Position numbers and translations under genes: made by a program. This document shows positions 40,417 to 52,600 of a DNA stretch of 64,000 nt, in pieces. Under the pieces are notes generated by a model. The model was not told the DNA's origin. It made no database searches and saw nothing but the letters and a program-made list of their open reading frames with translations. The first letter of the stretch is position 1. Each line of letters begins with the position of its first letter. Source of the stretch: Eledone cirrhosa (Eukaryota); contig OZ024743.1 of assembly GCA_964016885.1 (NCBI GenBank), positions 78,120,001-78,184,000 on the forward strand, read 5' to 3'.

Positions 40417-40525
40417 GTTCATATTGGTTTCCTCTGATCCTGGTTATTCTGGGAAAATTTGGAATTTCTGCAGCTTTTGGTTCAATTTATCTGTTAACAG
40501 CAGAAATATTTCCAACAGTAGTTCG
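40417..40525 (+). CDS. SLC22-like transporter exon
   Basis: ttttag acceptor; GSYWFPLILVILGKFGISAAFGSIYLLTAEIFPTVVR (ELFPT-type motif); CG|gtaag donor; phases compatible. Confidence 0.93.
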
Positions 40526-40597
40526 GTAAGTTTTGTTGAGACATCTTTGTAAAAATCCAAGAATTTTTGATTTGCCAAAGTCCATAAAGTAACAGAT

Positions 40598-40960
40598 AGA
40601 ATGAGGTGTATATAATGAGGTGTGTAGATTGTAGTATATATGATTTGGTGGGTAGATTAATGTGTGTATATAATGAGGTGTGTAGATTGTAGAATATATG
40701 ATGTGGTGGGTAGATTAATGTGTGTATATATTGAGGTGTGTAGATTGTGGTTTATAGAATGAGGTGTATATAATGTGGTGTGTAAATAGTTGTATACATA
40801 ATGAAGTGTGTTGAATGAGGTCTATATAATGTGGTGTGTAAATAGTCATGTACATAATGTGGTGTGTAGACTGAGGAATATATAATGCGTTGTATTGATT
40901 GTAGTGTGTAGATTGATGTGTATAGAGTGAGGTGTGTAGAATGAGGTGTATATAATGTAT
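40598..40960. repeat. Degenerate minisatellite
   Basis: Recurrent tataatgaggtgtgtagattgt-like units. Confidence 0.7.
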
Positions 40961-41410
40961 TTAGAAGAGACATTCAGTTAATCAGAAGTAATGAAAGTTT
41001 CACCACCATCATCATCATCGTTTAACATCTATCTTCCACGCTAGTATGGATTTAGACGGGAATTGTCCCACTTGAGGCAAGATTGGTCGGGTGACTGTGT
41101 CTCGCTCGTATAGGACTGTCTGGCAGGTTTTCTACGGCTGGATACCCTTCCTAACACCAACCACGTTTACAGTGTGGACTGGGAGGTTTTTACCATGTTA
41201 CCCACACGGCCACATTACAGTGTGGACTGTGTTTTTTTGTCATGACACCTACACGACCTCATTTATTTTGGATTGGATGCTGTGGTAGCAACATAACTTT
41301 ACAGAGAAAGGGTGGTGTCAGATATATAATTGAAATACTTAAAACAAACACATATTAGTCAAATTCTAACAGAAATATATGTAAAGTAACAAATTATTTT
41401 TGTTTTTCAG

Positions 41411-41621
41411 AACAAATGGTTTAGGCATATCTTCTGTGTGTGCTCGTATCGGTGGTATCTCTGCCCCATTTATACTTCAACTATCATTCTATGTTTCATG
41501 GCTTCCTCTAACCATCTATGGTCTTTTGTCTGTGATATCTGGTTCATTGTTGCTACTACTACCAAATACGAAAGATAAAGATTTACCTCAAACACTTGAA
41601 GATGTAAATGAAATGTCATGA
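41411..41621 (+). CDS. SLC22-like transporter last coding exon
   Basis: tttttcag acceptor; RTNGLGISSVCARIGGISAPF...LLPNTKDKDLPQTLED, TGA stop; AATAAA at 41743 and 41946. Confidence 0.92.
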
Positions 41622-42043
41622 TAAAAAAAAGAAGAGCAATTTTCTCTTGAATATATTAAAAAATCCCAGTTTTTATAAATTCATAAATACTTATATTTTA
41701 TCTCCATATAAAAACCAGTGTCTGTGTCTCTGTCCTCTAGGAAATAAATACTGGTAAACAAAATTGAATTAAATTCACATTCAAATATGTTAGTGTTAGT
41801 TCATACTCATACATTGTATATGTTACAAGCATTGTGCAAAGCTTATGTATTGTACAGAATACATAATGCCTGGACATTCCCTCTTTGCTGGTAACATATA
41901 TATTAGCAGAAATTTTCCTGGAAGGCAGGTGCTGTTCCTACTTGTAATAAATAAGTTTTGAAAGCAAAATTAAATGAGATCATTTTAATATTTGTATTTG
42001 AAATATCTTATAAACAATTTCCCTTCCATTCTAAGCAAACATA

Positions 42044-42081
<38 letters not shown>

Positions 42082-42083
<2 letters not shown>

Positions 42084-44740
42084 CGTAGTGGGGAATGTAC
42101 CTCCCATCATAACCCAGTTGTCAGCGACTTCACTGTCAGAACTGGACAAACTTGGAAACAGAAGGCAACTTGGAGGAGAAAGATCTGGATGGTGAAAGAC
42201 CCCTTAGCCAGTAACAGATTTAAAGATATTTTACTCGACGCCTATGACAGTAAAGAAGAACAGATACAGACATTCAATGTAGAAGAGCACTGGGAGTTCC
42301 TAAAAAATAGCTTACTAAAGGCGACGGATGAGATTTGTGGTTGGACCCCAGGCAGGAAGAGAGTGACTTGGTGGTGGAACAATAAGGTAGATGAGGAAGT
42401 TAAGGCAAAGAGACAGGCATGGAAAGAATGGAAGAAGGGGAAGAAGGGTACATTACATAGAGACCAGGAGGGAAGCTAGGCGATAAGTATACTTAGCTAG
42501 AAGGGAAGCGGAGGATAGAAAATGCAAGCATGTTTTGCAACGTGAGGACCAGAAACAGGTGTTCAAGGTTGCGAGGCATTGTGTCAGAGAGAATTGTGAT
42601 GTCATTGGAGAGAAGTATATCCGGAATGATAAAGGTGAGCTTGCCCTCACAAGTGCTGAGAAGAAAGATGGGTGAAAGAGCCATTATGAAAGATTACTAA
42701 ATGAGGAGAATGCATGGAAAAAAGAGACCCTACCCAAGTAGACCCTATGGAGGGGCCAGCAGTACAAGTCAGCAGCAACGTAGTAAGTAAGGCAATCAAG
42801 GATATGAAGACTGTGAAAGCTATCGGTCCATCGGGTATAGCTGCCGAGATGCTGAAGGCATCTGGGTTGGTAGGTCACACCCTAACCACACGTATTGTTA
42901 ACCAGGTAAAACTAGAGGGTGTCATACCAAAGCTTTGGTGCAGCAGCATTATTGTAAACTGCTACAAGGGTAAAGGTGATGCACTAGATAGAGGAAACTA
43001 TAGAGGTATAAAGCTGATGGACCAGGTCATGAAAGTAATGGAAAGAGTTATAGCACAGTTGATTAGGGACCGGGTGAAACTAGATGAGATGTAATTTGGG
43101 TTTGTGCCAGGAAAATGCACCACTGATGCGCTATTCCTTGTGAGGCAGTTACAGGAAAATTACCTAGCTAAAAGTAAACCGCTCTAATGGCATTCGTCGA
43201 TCTGGAGAAAGCCTTTGACAGAGTCCCCCATGCTATAATCTAGTGGGCTCTTAGAAAACTAGGCGTAGATGAATGGCTTGTGAAAGCTGTACAATCCATG
43301 TATAGGGGAGTAGTCAGAAAAGTTAGGTTTAACAATGAATATTACGAGGAATTTAGCATACAGGTTGGTGTCCACCAGGGCTCTGTTCTTAACCCTCTAC
43401 TGTTAATCATAGTTTTGCAGGCAATAACGGAGGAGTTTAAGACCGGATGCCATGGGAATTCCTGTATATGGATGACCTCGCACTTAAAGCTGAATCTATG
43501 GTAGAACTAGAGAAGAAATTCCAAACATGGAAGCAGGAACTAGAAAGAAAGGGTCTTAAAGTCAACCTGACAAAGACTACGGTCGTTGTAAGTAGACAAG
43601 AAAACAGAACCCAGATCCCCTCAGGGAAATGGCCTTGCTCAGTATGTAGAAAGGTGTAGGTAGGAACTCCATCCTCTGCCCCGAATGCAAACAATGGGTA
43701 CACAAGAGATGTAGTGGAATCTCAGGAAGCTTAACTTAGAATGTAGGCTTCACATGTAGCAGCTGTGCTGGGACAGCAAGCAGCAAACAGCCACAGGAAA
43801 CAAGCACCACCAAACTCGGTGAGGGCTCTGTAGAAACAGTAGACGGCTTTTGTTACCTAGGTGACCAAATTAGCAGCGGAGGTAGGTGTTCGGAATGTAC
43901 AATAACTAGGGTAAGAACGGGATGTAAGAAGTTCAGGGAGCTACTGCCACTGCTAGCTGTAAAAGGCTTTTTCCTCAAAATGAAAGGTAAACTGTATGAT
44001 GTGTGTATATGAACGGCAATGTTACATCGTAGTGAGACCTGGGTGCTGTCTGTAGAAGACTAGCGTAGATTAGAAAGAAACGAAGCTTGCATGCTCCGAT
44101 GGATGTGTAATAGTAATATACGCGAACGACAAAGCATAAACGAAGTGAGAGAGAGACTGAGCATAAGAGGAATCAAATGCTGTGTGCAGGAGATGAGATT
44201 GCATTGGTATGGATATGTGATGTGTATGAAGGATGAGAGCTGCATAAAAAGATGTAGAGCACTAGAAGTCGATGGAAGCCGCGGAGTAGGGAGACCCAAG
44301 AAAACCCGGGATGAGGTGATAAAAGCCGACCTTTCCCAATTGCACCTCTCAAAGGTGATGACACACGACCGCGACCTCTGGCTTCATGCAGTAATACAGA
44401 AGACCCGACTTCCCACAGGAACAAACCGAGGCTGAAGCATATAGACAATATTCCCCCATCCCCTCCCACTGCAAAATGGTCGTGGAGGTGCCACGGAAAA
44501 AGAGCACCCAGCCCACACTATAAAGTGAACGTGTAAGCGCCATGGAGAAAAAGCACCCAGCACACACTGTAAATGAGGCTGGTGTTAAGAAGGGCATCCA
44601 GCTGTAGAAATCAAGCCAGAACCAGTTCCTGTATGAGCAAGACAAGATCAGCCGACCTGACACTACGCACAACAGGACAACCCGTTTAATCCATGCTAGC
44701 GTGGAAGAACAGACGTAAAAAGGTGATGATGATGATGATA
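42082..44740 (+). mobile_element. RTE-clade LINE, 5'-truncated and decayed
   Basis: Colinear with 5216-7550 (WWWN, NYRGIKL, DLEKAFD, GVHQGSVL, YMDD, WPCSVC, RGVGRP); many stops; (GAT)n tail. Confidence 0.93.
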
Positions 44741-44938
44741 TATATGAAGATAGTCTGCTCCGTCCAAAGCTTGACCACTTCTTGCACTTTATGTCTGTTC
44801 CCTCCTGGCATGAGATCTCAAATAGCTTTTGAGTCCTGAAAGCCTGTGAAAGACCCATCCACAAACCATACAATGATGTCTCATTTCATTCATGTTTCCA
44901 CTTTGGGTTTGCTTACTGTGTTTGTTCAAATGTCACTT

Positions 44939-44987
<49 letters not shown>

Positions 44988-45031
44988 TTCCTGATTATTA
45001 CTGGAATTCTATAAGAATCCAACATTTATAA

Positions 45032-45124
45032 TTTTCAACAGACAAAGGCGAGTGCTTAGCTCTGATGATTACCAACAGTATGAAACAGAGATCTGTCAGC
45101 TTATCTCCCTTTGTTTGTTGAAAA
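45032..45124 (+). ncRNA. Type I hammerhead ribozyme with long stem I
   Basis: agct-CTGATGA-ttaccaacagtat-GAAA-cagagatctg-TC-agct; distal stem ttttcaacagacaaagg / cctttgtttgttgaaaa. Confidence 0.82.
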
Positions 45125-45217
45125 GACAAGTAAGCGACATAGTCACTACTTTAAAACAATAGCGTAAGGTCTTCAAAATATTTTTAATTAAGCATACAGT
45201 ATATTGCCAAATATAAT

Positions 45218-45560
45218 GGAGGCATATGGCTTAGTGGTTAGAGCATTGGCCTTGCAATCGAAAGGTTGTGAGTTCAATTCTCAGACCGGGTGATGTGTTG
45301 TTTCCTTGAGCAAGACACTTTATTTCACATTGCTCCAGTTTACTCAGCTGTAGAAATGAGATGATAAAGGACTGGGGTCCATATTATTCCACTGCAAAGT
45401 GGTCGTGGAGGTGCCACGGCAAATAAGCACCCACCACTCACTGTAAATGAAGTTGGTGTTAGGAAGGGCATTCAGCTATAGAAATCAAGCCAGCATCAGT
45501 TCCCGTCCCACCCTTGCAAGCAGGGAGAAGCGGACGTAAAATGAAATGATGAATCATGAT
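45218..45560 (+). mobile_element. tRNA-derived SINE followed by RTE-like tail
   Basis: tggcttagtggttagagc (A box), gagttcaattc (B box), ccttgagcaagacactt core. Confidence 0.75.
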
Positions 45561-45610
45561 GATAATATTATATATACATTCATGTATACATCGCTATTTC
45601 AGAGCACCAA

Positions 45611-45644
<34 letters not shown>

Positions 45645-45680
45645 CTGATTGGGGATTGAATTAATTTATATGAGATGCAG

Positions 45681-45718
<38 letters not shown>

Positions 45719-46286
45719 TAAAACATTAAAACATTGATGTAATTCAATTCGAGATCTCAACAGGGGAACAGGCATTCGCTTCATGAATATCGTGTTTGTC
45801 CGTTCCCTTGTCACTTCAATTTTGGAATACCTCCTGATTGTAACCTTATCATGTAAGAAGCTGTCTGATGAGATCATGGCACTGGGTACTACGCAGAATC
45901 GCGTGGCCACTGTCGTCATCAAAATATGTATTACGCCCTTATCAATAAAGGACTTTGACATCTAAACTACTTTGTATTTCCTTATTCTCTCTCTCTCTAT
46001 ATATATATATAAATAAAAGTTATCAAGGAAAAAGCACAGGAGAAAAATACTTTACAATGATGATGGATATTAATTTAATGCTTGATATAGGAAAAGAGGC
46101 AATGTTTTGGACATTAGTCTTTCATTGGAGGATAAAATGAAAGAGGGAAAAAGAAATAGGATAAAGTGACTATTGTGAACACAAAGTCCCTCCATATTGG
46201 AGAATGCACCTTCCAACATATCTTAGTAGTTAGCAACCTTATAGTCTGGGCTAGAAGAACCTAGCAACAAGAGTTCCTGAAAGATA

Positions 46287-46339
46287 TCCTACTGAAGACG
46301 ACAAATGAAATCTGCAGTTGGAAAATATCTATCGGAGGA
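46287..46339 (+). ncRNA. Degenerate hammerhead-like motif
   Basis: tccta-CTGAAGA-cgac..gttg-GAAA-atatcta-TC-ggagga; imperfect stems I and III. Confidence 0.35.
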
Positions 46340-46409
46340 AGGAGAATGTCTTGGTGGTGGAACAGTAAGGTAGATGAGACAATTAAGGCCAAAAGACAGG
46401 TTTGGAAGA

Positions 46410-47035
46410 ACTAATAAAGATCTTTCTCTCCCTTATTAAGAAGCATTTCCCCTCAGCACATAAATATAATAAATTTTTTATTAGAAATACCATTAAAATA
46501 TCTTACTCCACGACTCCTAACGTTGCACATAGATTCACTGCTTCAAATTTAGCTAAATTACCTAGCCGTAGTAACCTGGGCAACCCTGTTACTAGTACTA
46601 ATTGTAATTGTAGGAATCGGGTTAACTGCTCTCTATCCGGGAAATGCCTCTCCAGTAACATTGTCTACAAATGTAAGGTCGAAACAGCCACGTCTTGTAG
46701 GGCCTACACAGGGTTAACAGCCAATAGATTCAGGCAGCGTCTTTACATGCACACCCATTCTTTTCTTAACCATTTAAGAAGGAATATGACGTCACTTTCA
46801 GCTTATATCTGGAGTCTAAAAGACAACCACACTGAATATAGGTTACACTGGAAGATCCTAAAAAGAGGTAGATTGTATAACGGAAATAAAAGATCATGCG
46901 ATCTTTGCGCCGCTGAAGCCTTGGAAATACTCTACGCCAATGATCACATCTTAAACAAAAAATCTGAGGCATTTTCGACTTGTAAACACAAATTGCATAA
47001 AACTTTCCTGTATTACAGCCCCACATTATACCTTA
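46410..47035 (+). mobile_element. Naiad-type PLE GIY-YIG fragment
   Basis: LIKKHFP..HKY..KISYSTTPN, CNCRNRVNCSLSGKC, IVYKC, YTGLT, CDLC, CKH. Confidence 0.88.
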
Positions 47036-48373
47036 ACGCAAAGGTTCTCAACGGGGGGGGGGGGGGGGGTCGGAGCTCCATGGGGGGGGGGGCGTTCTGG
47101 AGCAAGGGGCGTTCTGGAGCAAGGGGCGTTAGGGGGAAGTTTGAAGCTTTGTGAGGCGCTAAGGGGGCACTGGAAAGCTATTTACTTAGGTAAGTTTTAT
47201 AAGCCATATACGTACGTCTCTGAGACAGCCAGTATGAATGCATTTGAATGAAAAAAAGGAAAAAAATAAATAAAAGAAACTTGTCAACGAATTCCCTAGG
47301 GAAATAAATGAAAGATATCAAAGAAAATGAACATATGTACAACTTCAACTTTGACGACAGTTACAAAAACAACAGAAACGACGGAAAAAGAAGCAGGGGA
47401 TGAAAGGTGTGGGTATATACATACAATCATACACACACATGCATACGTACATACATACATACTTACACACATACATGGTGGCTGCCAACTCGTTTTCGAG
47501 TACGGCCACTACCTTATATCTATGTAAGAGAACCTCTACCGATGCGCTGAACGAGTGTGCTTTTTAGTCCAGCCAGCGACTTGAAAACTCTGGTACAAAC
47601 ACTACACTTGTGACAATTATTGACACAGTGCTGTCCCATGGTACCATGTGACGACAAGTGCAGAGAGATCTCCAGATACAAAGCAATGCCTGTGCCGTAA
47701 AGCTTTTATAGTGAGCAAAGGCACTGCACAAAGCCAGTCCCACTCTCTTAACCAAGATGATATTTACCAAAAAGAAGAAAAAGTCAACATCATTGGATAC
47801 CATCAGGGTTGCAAAATTCTAGAAGAAGGAAAAGTCTGATATAACATACATACATATTTACATACATACATACATACACATATATACACACACAGGCCGG
47901 AGTTGGTGTTTGATGAGGTTGAGACCCTGGTCAGCTTTCAGTCAGAGCTGTGGTATTTAATCTCCCTAGGTAATAAAATCTGGAGTCAAAATTCTCTCCT
48001 TGCCAAAAAAACAAAACATAAATCATGTCACCATCCTTACACACTTAAATATAAATGCATGTATATATATATAGAAATGTATAACTACATATCTATATAC
48101 ATAGGTAAATGTATGTATGTGTGTAGATTTATATATATATATATTATACACACCACACACATATATATATATATATTTTTTTCTTTTTTCGGTCTGGTCT
48201 ACCTCTGGATAGAACTCAATGTAATCTTGTAAAATGCGTAGAGAAGTTCTGAGTTTCGCTGAATTAATTCTTTAGATACAGAGTCAGATATTAGGTATTA
48301 AATTAACAATAAAAATAAAAACAAAGTTATAAAGTAACTTGAATTTGTTCTTTTTATTTTCATTGTTAATTTG

Positions 48374-48492
<119 letters not shown>

Positions 48493-48775
48493 AGTCTGAC
48501 AAGAAGCTTGCTTCCCAACCACGGGTTTAGTCCCACTGCCCGGGCTGACCAGAGCCCTGTGAGTGGATTTGATAGACAGAAACTAAAGGAAGCGCGTCGT
48601 ATATATGTATATATGTCTGTGCGTGTCTTTGCGTTTGTGTTTGCGCTCCCATCAATGCTTGTTGGTTTGTTGACGTCCCCATAACTTACCAACGTGATGC
48701 TCTAGCATGGGCGTAGTTCAGAGACAGAATAAAAGTAAAGTGTATATATATATATATGTGTGTGTGTGTGTAGAA

Positions 48776-49172
48776 GAGGGGTCTCAAACTCAAGGGCATA
48801 AACGGGCCATTACGTCAGGCACAGTGGGCCAAACGTGGTGGTGGGTGATGATTTTCATCACTTATGATCATTTCTACTATCGGCACAAGGCATGATATTT
48901 AGGGTTTAGGGACCCGTCGATTACATCGATCCAAGTTCACAACTGGTACTTAATTTATCGACTCCAAAAGGATGAAAGGCAAAGTTGAGATCGGCGGAAT
49001 TTGAACTCGGAATGTAAAAACGGAAGAAGTACCGCTAAGCATTTCGCCAGATGTGCTAACGATTCCATCAGCTCACCGCATTATTTTCACCAGTAATAAT
49101 GGAATCTGAAATATTGGTTCTACCACGGGCCATAGAAAAGTAGTTCACGGGCCGTATGATTGAGCCCCCCTG
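48776..49172. mobile_element. hAT-like MITE containing a SINE
   Basis: gAGGGGTCTCAAAC ... GATTGAGCCCCCCTG termini. Confidence 0.5.
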
Positions 49173-49179
49173 TTGGAGG

Positions 49180-49242
<63 letters not shown>
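49180..49242. repeat. (GATA)n microsatellite
   Basis: About 15 perfect units. Confidence 0.95.
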
Positions 49243-49243
<1 letters not shown>

Positions 49244-49618
49244 TGTTTCTTTATTAGCCACAGGGGCGCAAAAGGATGGGACAAATACAAGGAGTGAAGT
49301 TTACATACAATAAAAACGTGTAAAATGCTATCACAAATGCAGTTTAAAAATTAATCGATTTTCCCCAATAGGGGGAGACATTTCATATGGGTAACACATA
49401 CTCCCGAAAAAATGTGCAATCCTCATCTCCAGGAGTACGAAGAGTTTGTACCCCTTTCCTCTCTTCCTCTTTTTCCTCAGCCTACAGGCTGATATAGAGA
49501 GAAGGCCCATTCACTCGGGCCATTCTCGCCACTTTCACCCACCTTTCATAAAACTTGCTGGGGTACAGCACCTCTCTCTCCATCCTGATTCTTCTTCCAA
49601 AGTGGTATTTGAAAAAAA
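49243..49618 (-). mobile_element. Older 5'-truncated Tx1/L1 3' fragment
   Basis: Diverged copy of 49624-50040; 3' end aataaagaaacat runs into (TATC)n. Confidence 0.8.
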
Positions 49619-49623
49619 TAGAT

Positions 49624-52600
49624 GTTTCTTTTATTTGCCACCCACCAGGGCATCAAAAGTGGGACAAGTACAATGGGGGGAGTTTACAAAACAAGGCGTC
49701 CTCAATAAGTAGGAGGCAGTAACAATATATAAAAATAAAATAAAATATAACAAAGATAAAATTTATAACAAAGTCTTCAATAGAGAGGAGGCGCCTTGGG
49801 GGGGGGGGGGGGGGGGTCGCACACCCCCCTAAAAAAGTGTGCAACCCTTCTCCTGAGGAGCACAGAGAAGGGGTGCTCCCTTGGTCTTTCATCTTCCTCA
49901 CCTATAGTCTGATGTGGAGTGAAGGCCCATTCACACGGGCCATTCTCACCACTTTCACCCATCTTTCATAGAAACGGCTGGGGTGCAGCACCTCTCTCTC
50001 CATCCTGATCCTTCTTCCGAAATGATATCGGAAGAAACGGACCAGTTGTTGGCCAGAGAGAAAGGTGTCTGACCTCAGTCCTTTCAGACGCGTCCACCAT
50101 ACAACCTCTTTCGCCATGGCTATTACGCACAGAAACACCGCCTCTCCTTCGTTTGAAGAGGGGAGGCGGCTTGATCGTTACAATAGACTCGGTGGTCAAC
50201 CGGATCGGTCCCACCCTTGACAGCAGTTGTTCGACATAGCCCCACAGATCGGCAATGCCCGAGCAGTGTACCAATGCGTGTGCAACGGTTTCCTCGTCGC
50301 ACACGTATCTGGGACAGATCTTTTTCGATGGGTCCCTACCCGGGCGCCCGTGTCTGTAGAGCCTTTCTCGAACGGGCAGAGCCCTTCTGTAGCATTGCCA
50401 GGCCAGGGACCTCTGGAAGTTATTCATGGGTCCCGGGCTGAATGTCCTATCGAACAGGTTGGCCAGTTCGTCTTCCTCCATGTCTAGGGCTTCTCTGAGG
50501 GCGTCGTCGCACCTGCTAACCACCAGCCCTCTATAGAATGACGAGGTGGATTCTCCACTGACAGCCGGGTCCGCCTGCCAGAGAGCCGTGAGCGCCTGGG
50601 CACACTCGATGTGCCAGGCGCCCAGTTTTCTCGGTCTTTGCTTGACCCAGGATTGCAGCTCGGTAAGTGAGACGAGTCTGGGAAAGGCTCGCCTCACAAA
50701 CGGGGACCACACCGGTTGACCGGAGAGGAATACCTGAAGGTGCCGTAGCCTTAATGCGTGTTTACGTATCCTTAGCCACGGCATCCCCAGCCCTCCTTTC
50801 GAAGGGTGTTGACAGCAGATGGATCTCCTCACCATAGGAGCCCGCTTCTTCCAAAGGAATTGGAAGAGTGCGCGCTCCATTTTGGCGAGCGTTTACCTTG
50901 GGCAAGGCACAACGGTCAGGCGGTAGTAGATGACGGACGCTATATAAGTGTTCGCCACCTCCGCCCGACCTTTCAGGGACAGTTTGCACTCGGCCCACTT
51001 CTGGGTCAGTGCAAACACCCTGTTCGTCACCTCACCCCAGTTCTTCTCCACCTGGAGGTCTGGTCCGAACCAGACCCCGAGCAACTTCACCGGGCCCTCC
51101 GTCCAGCGCCCGACGACGCCATCGGAGGGCATCGATCTGCCCCTCCACGTGCCGAGTTGCAGACCGATCGACTTGTCCCAGTTCAGCTTAGCCCCTGTAA
51201 ACCTTTCGTACTACTCCAGTAAGGTGCCGATCGCCCCGATTTCCGAGGCCGTCGACACCATTACTGTTACGTCATCGGCGTAGGCTGACACCGCTTTCCG
51301 CAATCCCGGTTCCAACGGGATGCCCTGCAACAACTCTAACTTCCGCAGCAGTGGCTCTAGAGTCATTACATACAGAAGGGAGGAGAGAGGGCACCCCTGT
51401 CGGATGGACTGCGCGATTTCGAACGGCTCCGAGAGGTAGCCGTTCACCTTGACCCTAGAGCAGATGCGGCTGCTGTGCATGGCATTGATCCAGCCCCTGA
51501 AAACGGGTCCGAAGCCTGCCGCCGCTAGCACCGCATCCACGTAACCATGGTCGACCCTATCGAACGCCTTAGATTGATCCAAGTTGATCAGGGCCCCACC
51601 AAAGCCGGGTTCGTTCCCAACCCTCTCTATGATGTATCGCATGAGGTGGAGGTTATCGTGGATGGACCTGGACGGGATAGCACATGTCTGCGCATCTCCC
51701 ACCAGGTTGCCCATGACAAGCGCCAACCTCTTTGCTAGCACCTTGGCCAAAATCTGTAACTCTGTATTTAGCAGAGTTATGGGCCTGAAATTATTTATAT
51801 CGTCCCCCTTGTTCTCGTCCTTCCTCACTAGCGTGACTACGCCCTTGGTCACAGCACAGGGAATTCTCCCGTTCTGTTGCCAGTTGCAGTAGACCGCCTC
51901 GAGGAGCTCGGGGAACAAGTCCGGCATAGCTAGATATAGTTCGTATGGAAGACCATCGAGACCCGGGGATTTGCGTTTGCCGCATTGGCTCAGCACGTCC
52001 TCTATCTCAGCGGCTGAAATCGGCTCCTCGCAGGACTTCGCCTCCCTGTCCGAGAGACGCGGCAGGCCGTCGAGGTATGGACCGAAGTCCACGTCCCCAA
52101 CCGGCCCCCCGCCCCTTCCGAACAATCCAGCAAAGTGCTTTTGAAAAGCCTCGCACATCTGCTTAGGTTCAAGGATCACCCGTCCATCCTGGTCTCGCAA
52201 AGACCGGATAGTGGATCTGCTCCCTCTTTTGGCTTCTGTCACGCGGGCCCAGCTAACAGCTTTGGTCCCCTCGTTTCCCAGAGCACGTATTTTGCTTCGG
52301 ACGATGCAGCCTTCGTGTTTCGCGTCGAAGAACTGGCCCAGGGCCGTTCTCGACGCTAGCACTCTGGCCACGTCGCCGCTTCTAATTGCCTCTTCTACAC
52401 TATCTACCAACTCCCTTTCCTTCCTATTTCTATTGGAGGCTAACTCCTTACTAAATTCTATAGAGACTACTCTAATCTCTCTTTTGAGAGATCCCCACCA
52501 CCTGCTGTTGACGATGGCGCCCGTCAACCGCTCCTTAACTAAAGTTCTAATCCGGTCCCTGTAAGCCTTACTTGCCGGTAAGGACAAGTTGAGCTTCCAG

